From Candidatus Bathyarchaeota archaeon (lineage in GTDB: Archaea; Thermoproteota; Bathyarchaeia; Bathyarchaeales; Bathycorpusculaceae): a stretch of DNA of 64,000 nucleotides. Below the pieces are notes generated by a model. That model was not told where the DNA came from. It saw only the letters and a list, made by a program, of their open reading frames with translations, and did no database searches. Positions 33,993 to 45,128 of the stretch are shown here, piece by piece. The stretch is taken from positions 320,001 through 384,000 of the forward strand of contig CAWGZR010000010.1 of assembly GCA_963827165.1 (NCBI GenBank). The letters run 5' to 3'. Both the position numbers and the translations under genes were made by a program. Positions within the stretch are counted from its first letter, which is position 1; every line of letters starts with the position of its first letter.

Positions 33993-35165
33993 TTAGAAGA
34001 AGCTTTGGATCGGCGAGTCGTTGTGTGCAGGTTCTGCTGAACCGATTTTCTCGATTCTTGTTTTTGTTAATGCTTTGATGTTGTTGAAGTCTGACATTTC
34101 GCCGTAACTTACGAGCGTTATGGCTGTGCCGTCTTCGCCTTTTCGGGCGGTTCTGCCTATGCGGTGGAAGTATACGGGTGCGTCCATTGGGACATCATAG
34201 TTGATTATGTGTGTTATGCCTTGGATGTCTAAGCCTCTTGCGGCCACGTCTGTTGCTACTAGCAAGTTTAGCCTTCCCGCCTTGAAGTCGCATATTGCTC
34301 GGTCCCTTTGCGCTTGTGTGAAGCCGGCGTGTAGCGCTTGTGTGCGGTAACCTTTCCGGTAAAGTTGATCTGCTACTCTGCTTGTGTCCCTGCGTGTTCG
34401 ACAGAAAATTATGGCTTTGTCCACGTGGTCTTCGTGTATTATCTTTAAGAGGGCATCGAACTTGTCATGTTGTGCTACTACTGTGTAGTATTGTTTCATC
34501 TGGGTTAGGGCGATTTCGTCTTTGCTGACAAGGATTTTCTGCGGGTTCTTCATGTATCGGTCGCAGACGCGCATAACTGAGTCGTCTATTGTTGCGGAGA
34601 AAAGACTTGTTTGCCTGTTGGGTGGTGTTTTTGAAAGTATGTATTTGATGTCTTCTATGAAGCCCATGTCCAGCATTCGGTCCGCTTCATCAAGAACCAC
34701 CATACGGATGGATGCAAGGTTTAGCACGCGCCTTTCCATAAGATCGATTAGTCTGCCAGGCGTGCCAACAACAATGTGAACACCGTTTGACAAAGCATGA
34801 ATTTGCTTGTTAATCGATTCTCCACCGTAAACAGCCAAAACCTTGACTCTCGCATATTTACCGAAAGATGCTAGGCTTTGAGCTACTTGGACAGCTAACT
34901 CGCGGGTTGGCGTTAAAACTAAACCTTGAACGCCGCGAACATCGCGGTCCAGACGTTGGATCATTGGAAGACCGAAAGCTGCGGTTTTTCCTGTCCCAGT
35001 TTGTGCTTGCCCGATGACGTCTTTGCCTTCGAGCAAGGGGATTATTGCTTGGGCTTGAATTGGAAAAAGACTCTCAAACCCGAGTTCTTTTACACTACTA
35101 AGGAGTTCCTCTGACAAAGGTAAGTCCTTAAACGATTGAATTTGCATATATTTATTTCCTATCAC
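33993..35165 (-). CDS. DEAD-box RNA helicase
   Basis: AQTGTGKT, PTRELA, DEAD, SAT, HRIGRTAR motifs. Confidence 0.95.
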   Translation of the reverse strand: MIGNKYMQIQSFKDLPLSEELLSSVKELGFESLFPIQAQAIIPLLEGKDVIGQAQTGTGKTAAFGLPMIQRLDRDVRGVQGLVLTPTRELAVQVAQSLASFGKYARVKVLAVYGGESINKQIHALSNGVHIVVGTPGRLIDLMERRVLNLASIRMVVLDEADRMLDMGFIEDIKYILSKTPPNRQTSLFSATIDDSVMRVCDRYMKNPQKILVSKDEIALTQMKQYYTVVAQHDKFDALLKIIHEDHVDKAIIFCRTRRDTSRVADQLYRKGYRTQALHAGFTQAQRDRAICDFKAGRLNLLVATDVAARGLDIQGITHIINYDVPMDAPVYFHRIGRTARKGEDGTAITLVSYGEMSDFNNIKALTKTRIEKIGSAEPAHNDSPIQSFF

Positions 35166-35409
35166 AAATGTTTCATGATTTCCTAAAAGCCTAAGAGCTC
35201 TTTGCGATCCATGAGTTAATGTGATACCTCAAAAGGCAATTTCCGCGTATAAAAACGTTTAGCAAAATAAAACGCAAAGCGTAACATTCCCAGCCCCGTT
35301 TTTTAAACAGGGGATGCATGTGACTGTCAAGGTTCAATCACATACACAAAAGTAGTATAAACCTCCTGATTTAATCAACCAATTCCTAAGTAAATTTAGA
35401 GGCGAAAAA

Positions 35410-35682
35410 ATGAGTAAACAAAAAGCGAAAAAACCGCCACCATACTTTTACGATGGCCCCCCTGAAAGTGCGGCAGAGAAGGAAGGGGAAACCGAAGACG
35501 TCTACGATACGGGAGAAAGAGAAACCATGCTGGAAGAAGACAACATTACCGCTGCCGAAGAAGGCTTCATGAAGGGGCACGAACAAGAGCCGCCTGCAAA
35601 AAAGGAAACACGCAAAAAAGCAGTCAGCCATGACGATAGTATTTCGGTTGAATTAGCGAAAGAAGATTCTGAAGAAGACTAG
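35410..35682 (+). CDS. small acidic hypothetical protein
   Basis: GAGGCG RBS; 90-aa E/D-rich ORF. Confidence 0.6.
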   Translation: MSKQKAKKPPPYFYDGPPESAAEKEGETEDVYDTGERETMLEEDNITAAEEGFMKGHEQEPPAKKETRKKAVSHDDSISVELAKEDSEED

Positions 35683-35868
35683 CAAACCAAACACTTGCTG
35701 CATTCACAAGTATTTTTTTTTATGTTTAGGCAACTTGCAGCTTGTGATAATGTTTACAAAATCCAGGCGTTGGAAGTCTTGAAATCCTCCATAGTTCTTT
35801 TGGCTGAACAACACCACTAACCATAAAAGGTAGAAAGTAGAATCATGATTGAGGCTTAAAACGAAGCA

Positions 35869-36012
35869 ATGATGAGAGACCCCGTTTGTGGTATGATTCT
35901 GGACGATTCCACAGCAAAATTCAAGATCACGTATGAAGGCGAAACCTTCTATTTCTGCAGCTTGACATGCAAGAAAAAATTTAAAAGACATACCACAAAA
36001 TTCGTAAAATAA
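35869..36012 (+). CDS. YHS-domain protein (47 aa, not in the ORF track)
   Basis: MMRDPVCGMILDDSTAKFKITYEGETFYFCSLTCKKKF: DPVCGM and YFCS..C signature. Confidence 0.85.
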   Translation: MMRDPVCGMILDDSTAKFKITYEGETFYFCSLTCKKKFKRHTTKFVK

Positions 36013-36063
36013 TTTTTGTGTTTTTTCGAAACAAAAAAGAAAGGGATTAAATTAGTTTTTAGG

Positions 36064-36816
36064 TCACTTATAGAGTTTCCAGACTATGGCAGCTATGATT
36101 CCGCCGATTATTGGTGCAACCCAAAAGACCCATACTTGACTGAGCGCTGTACCGCCGACGAAAAGCGCTGGACCTAAGCTTCTTGCTGGGTTAACTGAAG
36201 TTCCATCAATAACAATGCCTACAATGTGGACGAGCGTCAACGATAAGCCTATGGATAATCCTGCGAATCCCTTTGGAACTCTTTCATGCGTTGAGCCATG
36301 AACAACAAGCACGAATATGAAAGTCAAAACTATTTCAGCAACAAACACAGCGGCCAATGAAAAGTGCAGTAACGAGGCAGTTCCGTATCCGTTCGCTCCT
36401 AAACCGTTAGCTTTTAAACTGTAGTCCGGACTTCCTGTGAATATCGCGTAGAGAATGCCAGCACCTATTATGGCGCCGATACATTGGAAAATCACGTAGA
36501 AAACTGTGTCTTTGATACTAAGTTTTCCTGCGACCAGCATTGAAATTGAAATGGCGGGGTTTATGTGGCAGCCTGAAATGCCGCCGATAGTGTAAACCAT
36601 CACCAACACGGCAAGACCGAACGCTAAAGGTATGCAAACATAACTGTACTGCACTCCCAAATAATTCGACACGATAACTGCGGAGCCGCAGCCCATCAAC
36701 ACAAGCACCATGGTTCCAATAAGTTCAGCCACGTATTTTTTCATCGGAGTAATTTCAGATACAATAGCAGGCGGTGACGGTACCTCTAACAAATTCTTCT
36801 CCATTTCTTCACTCAA
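36064..36816 (-). CDS. aqpZ: aquaporin (MIP family, AqpZ-like)
   Basis: ISGCHINPA and TSVNPARS NPA motifs. Confidence 0.85.
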   Translation of the reverse strand: MSEEMEKNLLEVPSPPAIVSEITPMKKYVAELIGTMVLVLMGCGSAVIVSNYLGVQYSYVCIPLAFGLAVLVMVYTIGGISGCHINPAISISMLVAGKLSIKDTVFYVIFQCIGAIIGAGILYAIFTGSPDYSLKANGLGANGYGTASLLHFSLAAVFVAEIVLTFIFVLVVHGSTHERVPKGFAGLSIGLSLTLVHIVGIVIDGTSVNPARSLGPALFVGGTALSQVWVFWVAPIIGGIIAAIVWKLYK

Positions 36817-36895
36817 AGCGTTCTTTCCCCTTTTTACAATTTAGCACTTGTTTTCTAAGTTAGCGCTTATAACAGTTTCCATAAACAAAAGTCAC

Positions 36896-38191
36896 TTAAA
36901 GTGACTGCAGTTTTTCGTTTGCTGAAACATCCATCATAGTCAGCCCCGAAACCATCTTAGGATAAAAATCCGTGCTTTTTTCAGGCAAGAGCTCATGCTG
37001 CTGAGCTATCTCAGCAACGGTTTGAGCGCTTATAGGGTTAACCAAAAATGCGATGCTGGCTTCGCCGCGGTCAACTTTGTCCAATGCTTCCTTTGTCCAC
37101 CGCACGTAGAGTATGTTTTCATCCATATTCAGTTTACCCGTTTTCAAAATGTGCTTAAAGATGATGTCGCGGAGGATGACGACATCGAAGATTTTTGTTT
37201 CTTTTGAAACGTGGGCGGCTACAAAGTCGTAAACGCTTTTGTCGTGCCTCAACGTCAAGCCGTAAGCTTTCGCCCCGGCATAAACGCATAAGGCATGCTC
37301 ATTGATGTGGTTTCTTAGAAAACCGTCCAAGCCTTCAACCGTCGGCTCAACCTCAGAAACTTGAAAGATGTCTCCGAAATCCCGCAATAATTGAGGAGTC
37401 AGCTTGAATTCTTTAAGAAGGCGATGCGTCGGCAGAACTGTGAGTCCTTCTTCTTGAATTGGAACCATGTAACACATGTGGAAGTTGAACGCTGAATCCA
37501 CTGTCCAATTGACCCCGCCGCGCATTCCATCTCTATAAGCCAAAGCGCTCTCGTATCTGTGATGTCCGTCAGTAATAACCACGGTTTTGCTGGACAGTTC
37601 AGCTTGAAGTTGCCTTATTTTTTCCGGGTCAGTTACCCGCCAAACCGTATGCTTAACCTGCAACGCATCTGTGACTTGAATGATTGGTTTAGTGTTCGCT
37701 GTTTCTTCGAGAAAAGCCACCGTTTTCTTGTTCTGGTCTGAATAAATAAGGAAGACTGACTCAAGATCTTTCTGAACAACCCGCAGCATGTTTAGTCGGT
37801 CGGCTTTGGGCGATCCATATGTTCCTTCGTGAGGGAAAACCACGTTTTCAGAGTAATCGTAAAGTCTCATGGCCGCAATGAAACCTGTGCGTACAAATTT
37901 TTTCCCCTCCAAAACGAATTCTTGCCGCGAAACAAAAACCGCCGGCTCATCATCTTTAGCCATTATTCCTTCTCTTAGCCACTTCACAACTCGCTGCCGA
38001 GCAGCCTCATACTTGTTTTCTTCCATTGGCAAAATAAGCCGACAGTAGTTGAAAGAGGATTTGCGATAGTATTCTTTTTGCATGGCGACATCGATTTTGT
38101 CGTATGGCTGTGTAATTAGGTCGGCTAGGTCTCCTGCTTTTTGTGTGTATTGTATGGCTTTGAAGGGTTTAATATCAACCAAAGGTTTCAA
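36896..38191 (-). CDS. DUF1015 family protein
   Basis: PYD, PHE.T, ITDGHHRYE, LPEKSTDFYPK motifs. Confidence 0.85.
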   Translation of the reverse strand: MKPLVDIKPFKAIQYTQKAGDLADLITQPYDKIDVAMQKEYYRKSSFNYCRLILPMEENKYEAARQRVVKWLREGIMAKDDEPAVFVSRQEFVLEGKKFVRTGFIAAMRLYDYSENVVFPHEGTYGSPKADRLNMLRVVQKDLESVFLIYSDQNKKTVAFLEETANTKPIIQVTDALQVKHTVWRVTDPEKIRQLQAELSSKTVVITDGHHRYESALAYRDGMRGGVNWTVDSAFNFHMCYMVPIQEEGLTVLPTHRLLKEFKLTPQLLRDFGDIFQVSEVEPTVEGLDGFLRNHINEHALCVYAGAKAYGLTLRHDKSVYDFVAAHVSKETKIFDVVILRDIIFKHILKTGKLNMDENILYVRWTKEALDKVDRGEASIAFLVNPISAQTVAEIAQQHELLPEKSTDFYPKMVSGLTMMDVSANEKLQSL

Positions 38192-38289
38192 CTCGCAAGT
38201 CAGTTGTCAAGCGCAAATTATGCTGCTTTTCCCTTCTGACACCCAATGCCTTTGCGTGTTGCTCTGCTGCTGCACGATTGTGGTTTTCA

Positions 38290-39363
38290 CTATAGCCCCC
38301 AGATAGAATCAATTAAGCCCGTGACTTCTTTTATGCCCTGCAGGTTCCATTCGCCCATGTGCCCAATTCGGAAGGTTTTATCAGCTAGTTTCCCGTAACC
38401 GTTCGAAATAACATATCCTTTCTCGCTGAGTTTATGATTAAGTTCTTTGAAGTTTTTGCCAAGGGTGTTTTTTATGCAGCTAACCGTTATTGACTCATAG
38501 CCGGTTTCTGGGAACATTTCAAAGTTTTTCTTCGCCCACTGCCGTGTGTACATCGCCATCCCTTGGTGTCGCAGGTAGACTTTATCGTATGTTTCTGCAA
38601 GTAGCAAATCCATGCGTTTATTCAACGCGTAAAGCAGCGGTATGCAGGGGGTAAATGGGGTCTGATGTTTCTTTTCGAACTCAAAAAGTTCAACCAAATC
38701 AGTGTATGTGCCCCTGTTCTGAATTCCTCTTGCGCGCTCAATCGCCCTATCGTTGACCAAGGCAACCGTCAATCCAGGAGGAAGAGCGAAGCATTTCTGG
38801 GTTGATGCAAAAATTATGTCGCAGCCAATTTCGCTGGGCAAGGTTTTGTCGCCAGCCATCGAAGAAACCGCATCGACCGCATAGATTACTTCGGGGTATT
38901 TTCTGCGTACCAACTCGCCGATTTCAGCGATGGGATTTCTAACGCCTGTTGAAGACTCGTTGTGGCAGACCGTTAAGGTGTCGTATTCGCCGCTGTCAAG
39001 TTTTTCCGCAACCATTTCGGGCTTAACTGCTTTGCCCCAGTCCACCTCCAAAAAGTCAGTTTCTTTGCCGCATGCACGCAGGGTCTCAGCGGCCCGCTGC
39101 GCGAAGGCTCCATTTACGCATGCTAAGGCTTTCTTTTTAACTATGCTTCTTCCTACAATGTCGAACCAAAGTGTTCCAGATGAAGTGGTCACAGTCGGCT
39201 TGACGTCTGCTGGGAGCTCAAAGTACTCGGTTAGCTTGGCGGTTATTCCACCGTAAAACTCTGCGAATTCCAAGCTTCGGTGACCTATAAGAAAATGCGC
39301 CTGCTCGTTAAGTATTTCCTGGCTGACCTCTGTGGGTCCAGGAATCAAGAGTTTCTTATGCAT
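38290..39363 (-). CDS. class V PLP aminotransferase (serine-pyruvate/phosphoserine type)
   Basis: LIPGPT, HNESSTG, VDAVSS, STQKCFALPPG, FRIGHMG motifs. Confidence 0.9.
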   Translation of the reverse strand: MHKKLLIPGPTEVSQEILNEQAHFLIGHRSLEFAEFYGGITAKLTEYFELPADVKPTVTTSSGTLWFDIVGRSIVKKKALACVNGAFAQRAAETLRACGKETDFLEVDWGKAVKPEMVAEKLDSGEYDTLTVCHNESSTGVRNPIAEIGELVRRKYPEVIYAVDAVSSMAGDKTLPSEIGCDIIFASTQKCFALPPGLTVALVNDRAIERARGIQNRGTYTDLVELFEFEKKHQTPFTPCIPLLYALNKRMDLLLAETYDKVYLRHQGMAMYTRQWAKKNFEMFPETGYESITVSCIKNTLGKNFKELNHKLSEKGYVISNGYGKLADKTFRIGHMGEWNLQGIKEVTGLIDSIWGL

Positions 39364-39639
39364 GCCCTAAACCTTCCACAACAACGTAAAATATAAGAAA
39401 TATAAGGGTTATGTGCCTCAAAAAGGAGTCTTCGCTTTCGACGTTGCCTAACCCTTCCCGCTTAGACGACCCCCAAAACAGGCGGAACGTGGGCCTCCAT
39501 GAAGGCAAATTCGCATTCGCTCAGTTTTTTGGAGTTTTTGGCACGACGATTGATTTAGAAATATATCGAAAACAGAAATCAGGTTATTAAGGGAAAACGC
39601 TGAAACAGTGTAGTAGAAGGAGAAAGGAGAAGGCGTTTC

Positions 39640-39987
39640 ATGTTTAGGAGAAGAGAGTTAATTCCGAGTCTGCTCATTATTTTGATGGGCGCGTTGGACT
39701 GTTTAACCACCGTGATCGGGGTCACTTATGAGGGCGCAAAAGAATTGAACCCCGCCATGGCAGTTATAGTTGACAGCAACGTCGGCGCCTTCTTAATTGT
39801 CAAAATCTTCGCAACAGTATTCATAGCAATCACCTACATCTTCGCAAGGAAAATCCTCCAACAAATGCCCAACAAAAACGGCAAAACCTTCCTCTACTCT
39901 ATCAAAGCCCTAACGTTAGCTTACGCAGGTGTCGCAGCGTTCATCGCCTTAGCAGTCGTAAACAACCTCATAATCCTCATAAAATAA
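39640..39987 (+). CDS. small membrane protein (DUF5658-like)
   Basis: LDCLTT..G..ELNP motif with 3 TM helices. Confidence 0.65.
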   Translation: MFRRRELIPSLLIILMGALDCLTTVIGVTYEGAKELNPAMAVIVDSNVGAFLIVKIFATVFIAITYIFARKILQQMPNKNGKTFLYSIKALTLAYAGVAAFIALAVVNNLIILIK

Positions 39988-41023
39988 GCCCTCGAAGGGC
40001 CTGGTTTTTTCACAGACCATAATTTACTAGCTTTGCCAAGTCTTAACCCTCAAAAAAGCCTACAGGCAATCCGTCAGAAGAACTATCCGCCCTCTGCTTT
40101 GAAACAAAAAAACCTTCATCATTTACCTGCTAAGAGCTAAAGAATGCACTATTTCTTCTAAGCCCTATGCGTGTTATGGATTTGCCGAAAAACCCCTTAG
40201 AAGGCAAAACCAACATGCAGCCAAAAAGAAACTGTTGCTAGTTCGGTTTTTGGTATGTCCAGCTGCAGCCTCAGCTGATGATGAAGACCACCAAAGACTA
40301 CGGAGGGCAGAGACAGCGTGTTTTCAAGCTGAGTTAAAGCTGTGCCTACACGCCCATCAATCCTAAGGAACATCTCTTTAAAAAGACCCGCACCCTCCCC
40401 CTCCGTGTCTCTGTGTCTTTCGGAGGCGAGGGAACCAATTAAGTCAAAAAAGGGTTATGGAATTATGTTTTTTTTAGCACTTCGCTCTAATCTTGCGAGG
40501 GCCAAATCGAAGTTTGCTTCGGAGCGACCAAATCTTTTAAGACAGCCCTCAGTCCATCACTAACAACCACTTGCTTTTTCACGCTTAACTGAAAGGCAAC
40601 TGGCTGCTTCTGGAGACCCTCTCACCTCACTATAACCCCGTTATACCCCATGTTGCCTCAAAGTAGGCGTGGAAAAATGAGTAATTCAAAAACTAAAAGG
40701 CAAAACCAATATTCCCAAATTCGCCAGATTCCACGATTTAAACCCCAAATCTCAACCCTTTCACAAACAAGAAGCAAGGGGGCTCCCCCTAAAATTACTC
40801 AAAAATGAATAATTGAATAGCAAGAGGCAAGAATCCGCCAAGCTCAGGCACACAAAGCGAAGTTGATTATGAACGCAAGGCTTTTGGATTACTAACTATG
40901 TGTAAAATATTGATTAGAAAAACATAAATAAAATATCTAAGAACAATACATCTGGACGCGTTGGCAGCGAGTTAAGAAACGCTTAACTGTAGCTACCATC
41001 AATATAGCCTACAGAGAGAGAAA

Positions 41024-41542
41024 ATGAAATTCAGCCTATTCCACAAGCAGAAACAACCGCCTGCTCCTGAAGAAGAAGCAGCCGTGCCTCCTCCGGAAGA
41101 ACCCAAAGAAGCCGAAGCTGTCACAGAGGAACCCAAACAGGAAGCAAATGCTCCAATCGAAACAGTTCCGATGGATTCCGCCCCTGCACAACAAACTATT
41201 TCACCTGAACTCGAAAAGAAGCCAGAAGCCGCTGAATCCCCAAGTAAAACTTTCCTCAAAGCTATGCCACTTAAAACTCTCGCCGACGTAGAAAACGTCA
41301 AAAACGAAGTCAAAAACGGCAATATCATAATTCTGCGCGTAACCCCATTGGCGACCAAAAGCATTGACGATGTGAAGAACGCCGTCAACGAGCTTACCCA
41401 ATTCGCCGAATCAATAGGCGGCGACATCGCGCGATTAGGCGAGGAACGCGTAGTTATCTGCCCAAAAAACATCAGGATCTGGCGGGAAAAAACACCTGCT
41501 CCAAGCGACGCACTACGCACAGCTGCGCCAACAGCAGCCTAA
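41024..41542 (+). CDS. sepF: cell division protein SepF
   Basis: Low-complexity N-terminus; EVKNGNIIIL..L..GGDIARLGEERVVICP core. Confidence 0.8.
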   Translation: MKFSLFHKQKQPPAPEEEAAVPPPEEPKEAEAVTEEPKQEANAPIETVPMDSAPAQQTISPELEKKPEAAESPSKTFLKAMPLKTLADVENVKNEVKNGNIIILRVTPLATKSIDDVKNAVNELTQFAESIGGDIARLGEERVVICPKNIRIWREKTPAPSDALRTAAPTAA

Positions 41543-41849
41543 AAGTTTTCAACCGTAAGCAAATCTTATTTTCTTGTTTATCCCTCAAACACGAAGCCAC
41601 AAAAATTTTTCATGGAAAATATGAAAAATGAGTGACAAGAGAATCTTCTCACGAGCTTTCGCGACTTAGTTGGAACTGATCGGCCGCCGTAACATTATTC
41701 ATATTTTGGTGTGGCTGTGAAATCATTGTTCATAAGGTGCTGATGTGTACCTAATAGAAACTGTTACCAAGTAACCGATCTGCGTTGTTCGTCCGAACAG
41801 GTTAAAAGGAGCCACGAGATAGAAATTCTGATAATTACCAAGGAAATGA

Positions 41850-43115
41850 ATGACGTTGCAGGTTCAATTTTTAGGCGGAGCACGAGAAGTTGGAAGGATG
41901 GGAATCGGGGTAAACTCGGCAAAAACCCAGGTTATAGTCGACTACGGTGTTATACTTACGGAACCGCCCGGGTTCCCAATTCATATTCCTCCAAAGGACG
42001 TCAATGCCATTATTTTGACGCACAGCCATCTGGATCATTCAGGCGCAATTCCAATATATTACATTCATGGAGAAAAACCGCTCTACACAAACAGACTGAA
42101 TTTAGAGTTGACCCAACTCTTAATACAAGACTTCATTCACCACTCCGGCTACTTTTTGCCCTTTGAATATTTAGAACTAAAAGCCATGGTGGAATCCAAC
42201 AATCATTCGGACTATTTGGAAAAAAGAGAAGTGGGTGATATGACACTCCAACTGTTGAACGCCGGGCACACACCGGGAAGTTCACAGGTTCTCCTTGAGG
42301 CAGAGGGAAAACGTTTCCTCTACACAGGCGACTTCAGCACGTTAAACTCTAAACTCCTAGCAGGCGCCAACGTCGAAGAATGGGGAGAGTTAGACGCTAT
42401 AGCCATAGAAAGCACGTATGCAAACCAAGATCACCCAGAGCGCAATCAACTGGAGCAAGAGTTTCTCCAAGCAGCAACCGACATAGTTGAAATGGGAGGA
42501 ATTGTACTTGTTCCGGCCTTCGGCGTCGGAAGAGCGCAAGAAATAGCATGTGTGCTCGCTGACCACCATTTTGAATACCCAGTATTCATGGACGGGATGG
42601 CTCGGGAAGCAAGCAGAATAATAATGAATCACCAAGAGTATTTGCGAGATCCTAAACTGTTCGTGAAAGCGATGCGTTCAGTGCAGTGGATTGAAGGGTG
42701 GAGGGACAGAAGAGAAGCAGCAAAGACACCCTCAGTGATACTCTCCCCATCTGGAATGCTAAAAGGGGGCCCATCGCAATACTACGTTTCCAAAATTGGT
42801 AAAAAAGCAAACAACGCCATTTTTCTAGTGAGCTTCCAAGTTCCAGGCACGCCAGGAAGAACACTTTTAGATAAAGGCTTGTGCATAATCGACAGAAAAG
42901 TACGTAAAATAAAAGCAGATGTAAAGCATTTCGACTTTTCACCCCATTGTGGTGCAACTCAGCTTAAGGAATCGCTGGGAAAACTGAAAGGGCACCCAAA
43001 GGTCTTTGTTGTACATGGAGAAGAAGAAAACTGTAAATTGTTGGCAAACTGGGTCGAATCTGAGCTCCATCTCGAAGCAACTGCACCGAAAACCGGAGAC
43101 AAATTTGAAATATAG
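41850..43115 (+). CDS. beta-CASP MBL ribonuclease lacking KH domains (aCPSF2-like)
   Basis: GGAREVG, THSHLDH, AGHTPGS, ESTY, PAFGVGRAQE, VHGE motifs. Confidence 0.85.
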   Translation: MTLQVQFLGGAREVGRMGIGVNSAKTQVIVDYGVILTEPPGFPIHIPPKDVNAIILTHSHLDHSGAIPIYYIHGEKPLYTNRLNLELTQLLIQDFIHHSGYFLPFEYLELKAMVESNNHSDYLEKREVGDMTLQLLNAGHTPGSSQVLLEAEGKRFLYTGDFSTLNSKLLAGANVEEWGELDAIAIESTYANQDHPERNQLEQEFLQAATDIVEMGGIVLVPAFGVGRAQEIACVLADHHFEYPVFMDGMAREASRIIMNHQEYLRDPKLFVKAMRSVQWIEGWRDRREAAKTPSVILSPSGMLKGGPSQYYVSKIGKKANNAIFLVSFQVPGTPGRTLLDKGLCIIDRKVRKIKADVKHFDFSPHCGATQLKESLGKLKGHPKVFVVHGEEENCKLLANWVESELHLEATAPKTGDKFEI

Positions 43116-43198
43116 AGAAGAACTAACGCCGGCTCAACCAACTAACAGGGACCCATTTTTTAACTTAGATAGACTGGCTGCAGCAACTTTTCCACGGT

Positions 43199-45124
43199 TT
43201 AGACTAGCCGGTAGGTTTCTAGGAGGCTTGGAACGACGGTGTCGATTCCGCCTTTGTCACGAATGAAGTTGGCCATGTCGTATGTTCGGGATTTTTCGCC
43301 GTGGCATATAAAGATTCTTTCGGGTTTAGGGGCAAGATGGGTTAAATAGTTTACCAGCTGCCTTCGGTCAGAGTGCCCGGAAAAGCCCTCGACTGTTTCG
43401 GAGCCCATTTTAATCGGTATCACAACCAGTTTTCCTTCGTTGTCCATAACGGTGATGTCGTTTACGCCTTTCTGTATCCTTTTTCCCATTGTTCCCTCAG
43501 CTTGGTAGGTGACGAAAATCATCATGTTGTTCGGGTCTCCTGCCCAGCTCTTAAAGTATTCAATCACGGGTCCGCCTTCAAGCATTCCTGAAGTGGCAAG
43601 CACAATACAAGGTTGGCCGTCAATTATACTCTGCCTCTGACTCGGATGATCCACGATCGTAAAGTAATCAGATTGAAACGGGTTTATACCTTCATGAAGA
43701 ATACGGTGACGAAGCTCTCTACCCAAATACTCTGGGTAAGCCGTATGAATCGCAGTAGCCTCAGAAATCATCCCTTCAATGAAAACCGGAGCCTCTTTCA
43801 ACAACCCGCGCCTCATATACCCGTCAATAATAAGCAGCAGTTCCTGAGCTCTTCCAACCGCCGCCACTGGAATGAGGACTTTGCCTTTCCGCTCCAAAGT
43901 CGCATTGATAATCCTAACCAAGTGCTCCTCAGCTTCAACTCGAGAAGGCAATACGTTGGATGAGCCACCATAAGTGCTTTCGGTAACTACTGTTTCAATC
44001 CGCGGAAACTCTGTTGCTGCCGCTTCAAGAAGCATTGTGCGGGCAAACTTGTAGTCGCCTGTGTAAAGCAGATTGTGCAAGCCTTCGCCGACATGAATGT
44101 GAGCCATGGCTGATCCCAAAACGTGTCCAGCGTTATGCAGAGTCAAACGTATATCCGGAGCTATGTCGGTTACAACGCCGAAGCGCAAAGGTATTGTATG
44201 AAGAACACATTCGCGAACATCCTTCTGATCATACTGGGGCGGGACACCTTGCATCCTTGCAACATCAAGATAGTCCAATTGAAGCATCGTCATAAGGTTG
44301 GAAGTTGGAGCTGTACAGTAAACGGGTCCGTCATAGCCATACTTAAATAGAAAAGGAATGTAGCCGCAATGATCCAAGTGAGCGTGGCTAACAACCACGG
44401 CATCTAGGGAATCTATTTCAAATAGTGCGTCATCAAGACGCGGAAAAGATTCGAAGGGACCTTGCGAACCCGGTTTCGTTCCGCAGTCAAGCAGAACACT
44501 GCTTTCTCTGGTTTTGAGAAGCCAGGATGACCGCCCTACCTCGAGGGCGCCTCCAAGCGCTGTCAAAGTGACGTCTCCGATTTCCCAAACGCGAGGCCTA
44601 AAAATCTTCTCTCCTACGGTGCGCAGAACTCTTTCCCGTTCTTTGCTTTCCGAATGCATGTAATGGCGCATGTGAGTGACAATCTTAGATTTGATTGGCG
44701 GACTCCGCAATACATGAGGGCGCCACTTTGTCCTTTTGATTATGTCCTGCAAAACCGCGCCGTTTCGGCCGATAACCAAACCGGGCTTCTTAGTTTCAAT
44801 TATTATTTCGCCAAGGCTTGGGTCGAAGTTTATGTCGGTTACTTCGGCTTCTTCGGGAATTAGTTCCCGCGCGATTTTTTCTGCCTCAACCTCTTGCATT
44901 CTTACCGAGGGGTCAGGTCTAATGACGATTCTTTTGCGGATTACGCCAACGATTTCAGCCACTATGCTGCTTTGTTCGACCAAAATCTCGGGTTTTTTGG
45001 TGTAAACAGCCAACATGGGCCCTTCATATTCTATTCTGGTTACTTCTACTTCTCTTGGAACTTTCTGCAAAATATATTGACTAATTTCTATTTTATCTCG
45101 ATCTTTTTCTTGAGTTCTCGCCAA
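43199..45124 (-). CDS. fttA: beta-CASP ribonuclease aCPSF1 / transcription termination factor FttA
   Basis: N-terminal KH domains (KPGLVIGRNG), SHAHLDH, GFSGHSD; directly downstream of psmB. Confidence 0.92.
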   Translation of the reverse strand: MARTQEKDRDKIEISQYILQKVPREVEVTRIEYEGPMLAVYTKKPEILVEQSSIVAEIVGVIRKRIVIRPDPSVRMQEVEAEKIARELIPEEAEVTDINFDPSLGEIIIETKKPGLVIGRNGAVLQDIIKRTKWRPHVLRSPPIKSKIVTHMRHYMHSESKERERVLRTVGEKIFRPRVWEIGDVTLTALGGALEVGRSSWLLKTRESSVLLDCGTKPGSQGPFESFPRLDDALFEIDSLDAVVVSHAHLDHCGYIPFLFKYGYDGPVYCTAPTSNLMTMLQLDYLDVARMQGVPPQYDQKDVRECVLHTIPLRFGVVTDIAPDIRLTLHNAGHVLGSAMAHIHVGEGLHNLLYTGDYKFARTMLLEAAATEFPRIETVVTESTYGGSSNVLPSRVEAEEHLVRIINATLERKGKVLIPVAAVGRAQELLLIIDGYMRRGLLKEAPVFIEGMISEATAIHTAYPEYLGRELRHRILHEGINPFQSDYFTIVDHPSQRQSIIDGQPCIVLATSGMLEGGPVIEYFKSWAGDPNNMMIFVTYQAEGTMGKRIQKGVNDITVMDNEGKLVVIPIKMGSETVEGFSGHSDRRQLVNYLTHLAPKPERIFICHGEKSRTYDMANFIRDKGGIDTVVPSLLETYRLV

Positions 45125-45128
45125 AAAT

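Noticed and set aside
35704-35991. 95-aa minus-strand ORF
   Set aside because: Shadow of the YHS-domain gene on the + strand.
40270-40300. CTGATGA as a hammerhead ribozyme core
   Set aside because: Could not find the required stem II-GAAA-stem III arrangement.
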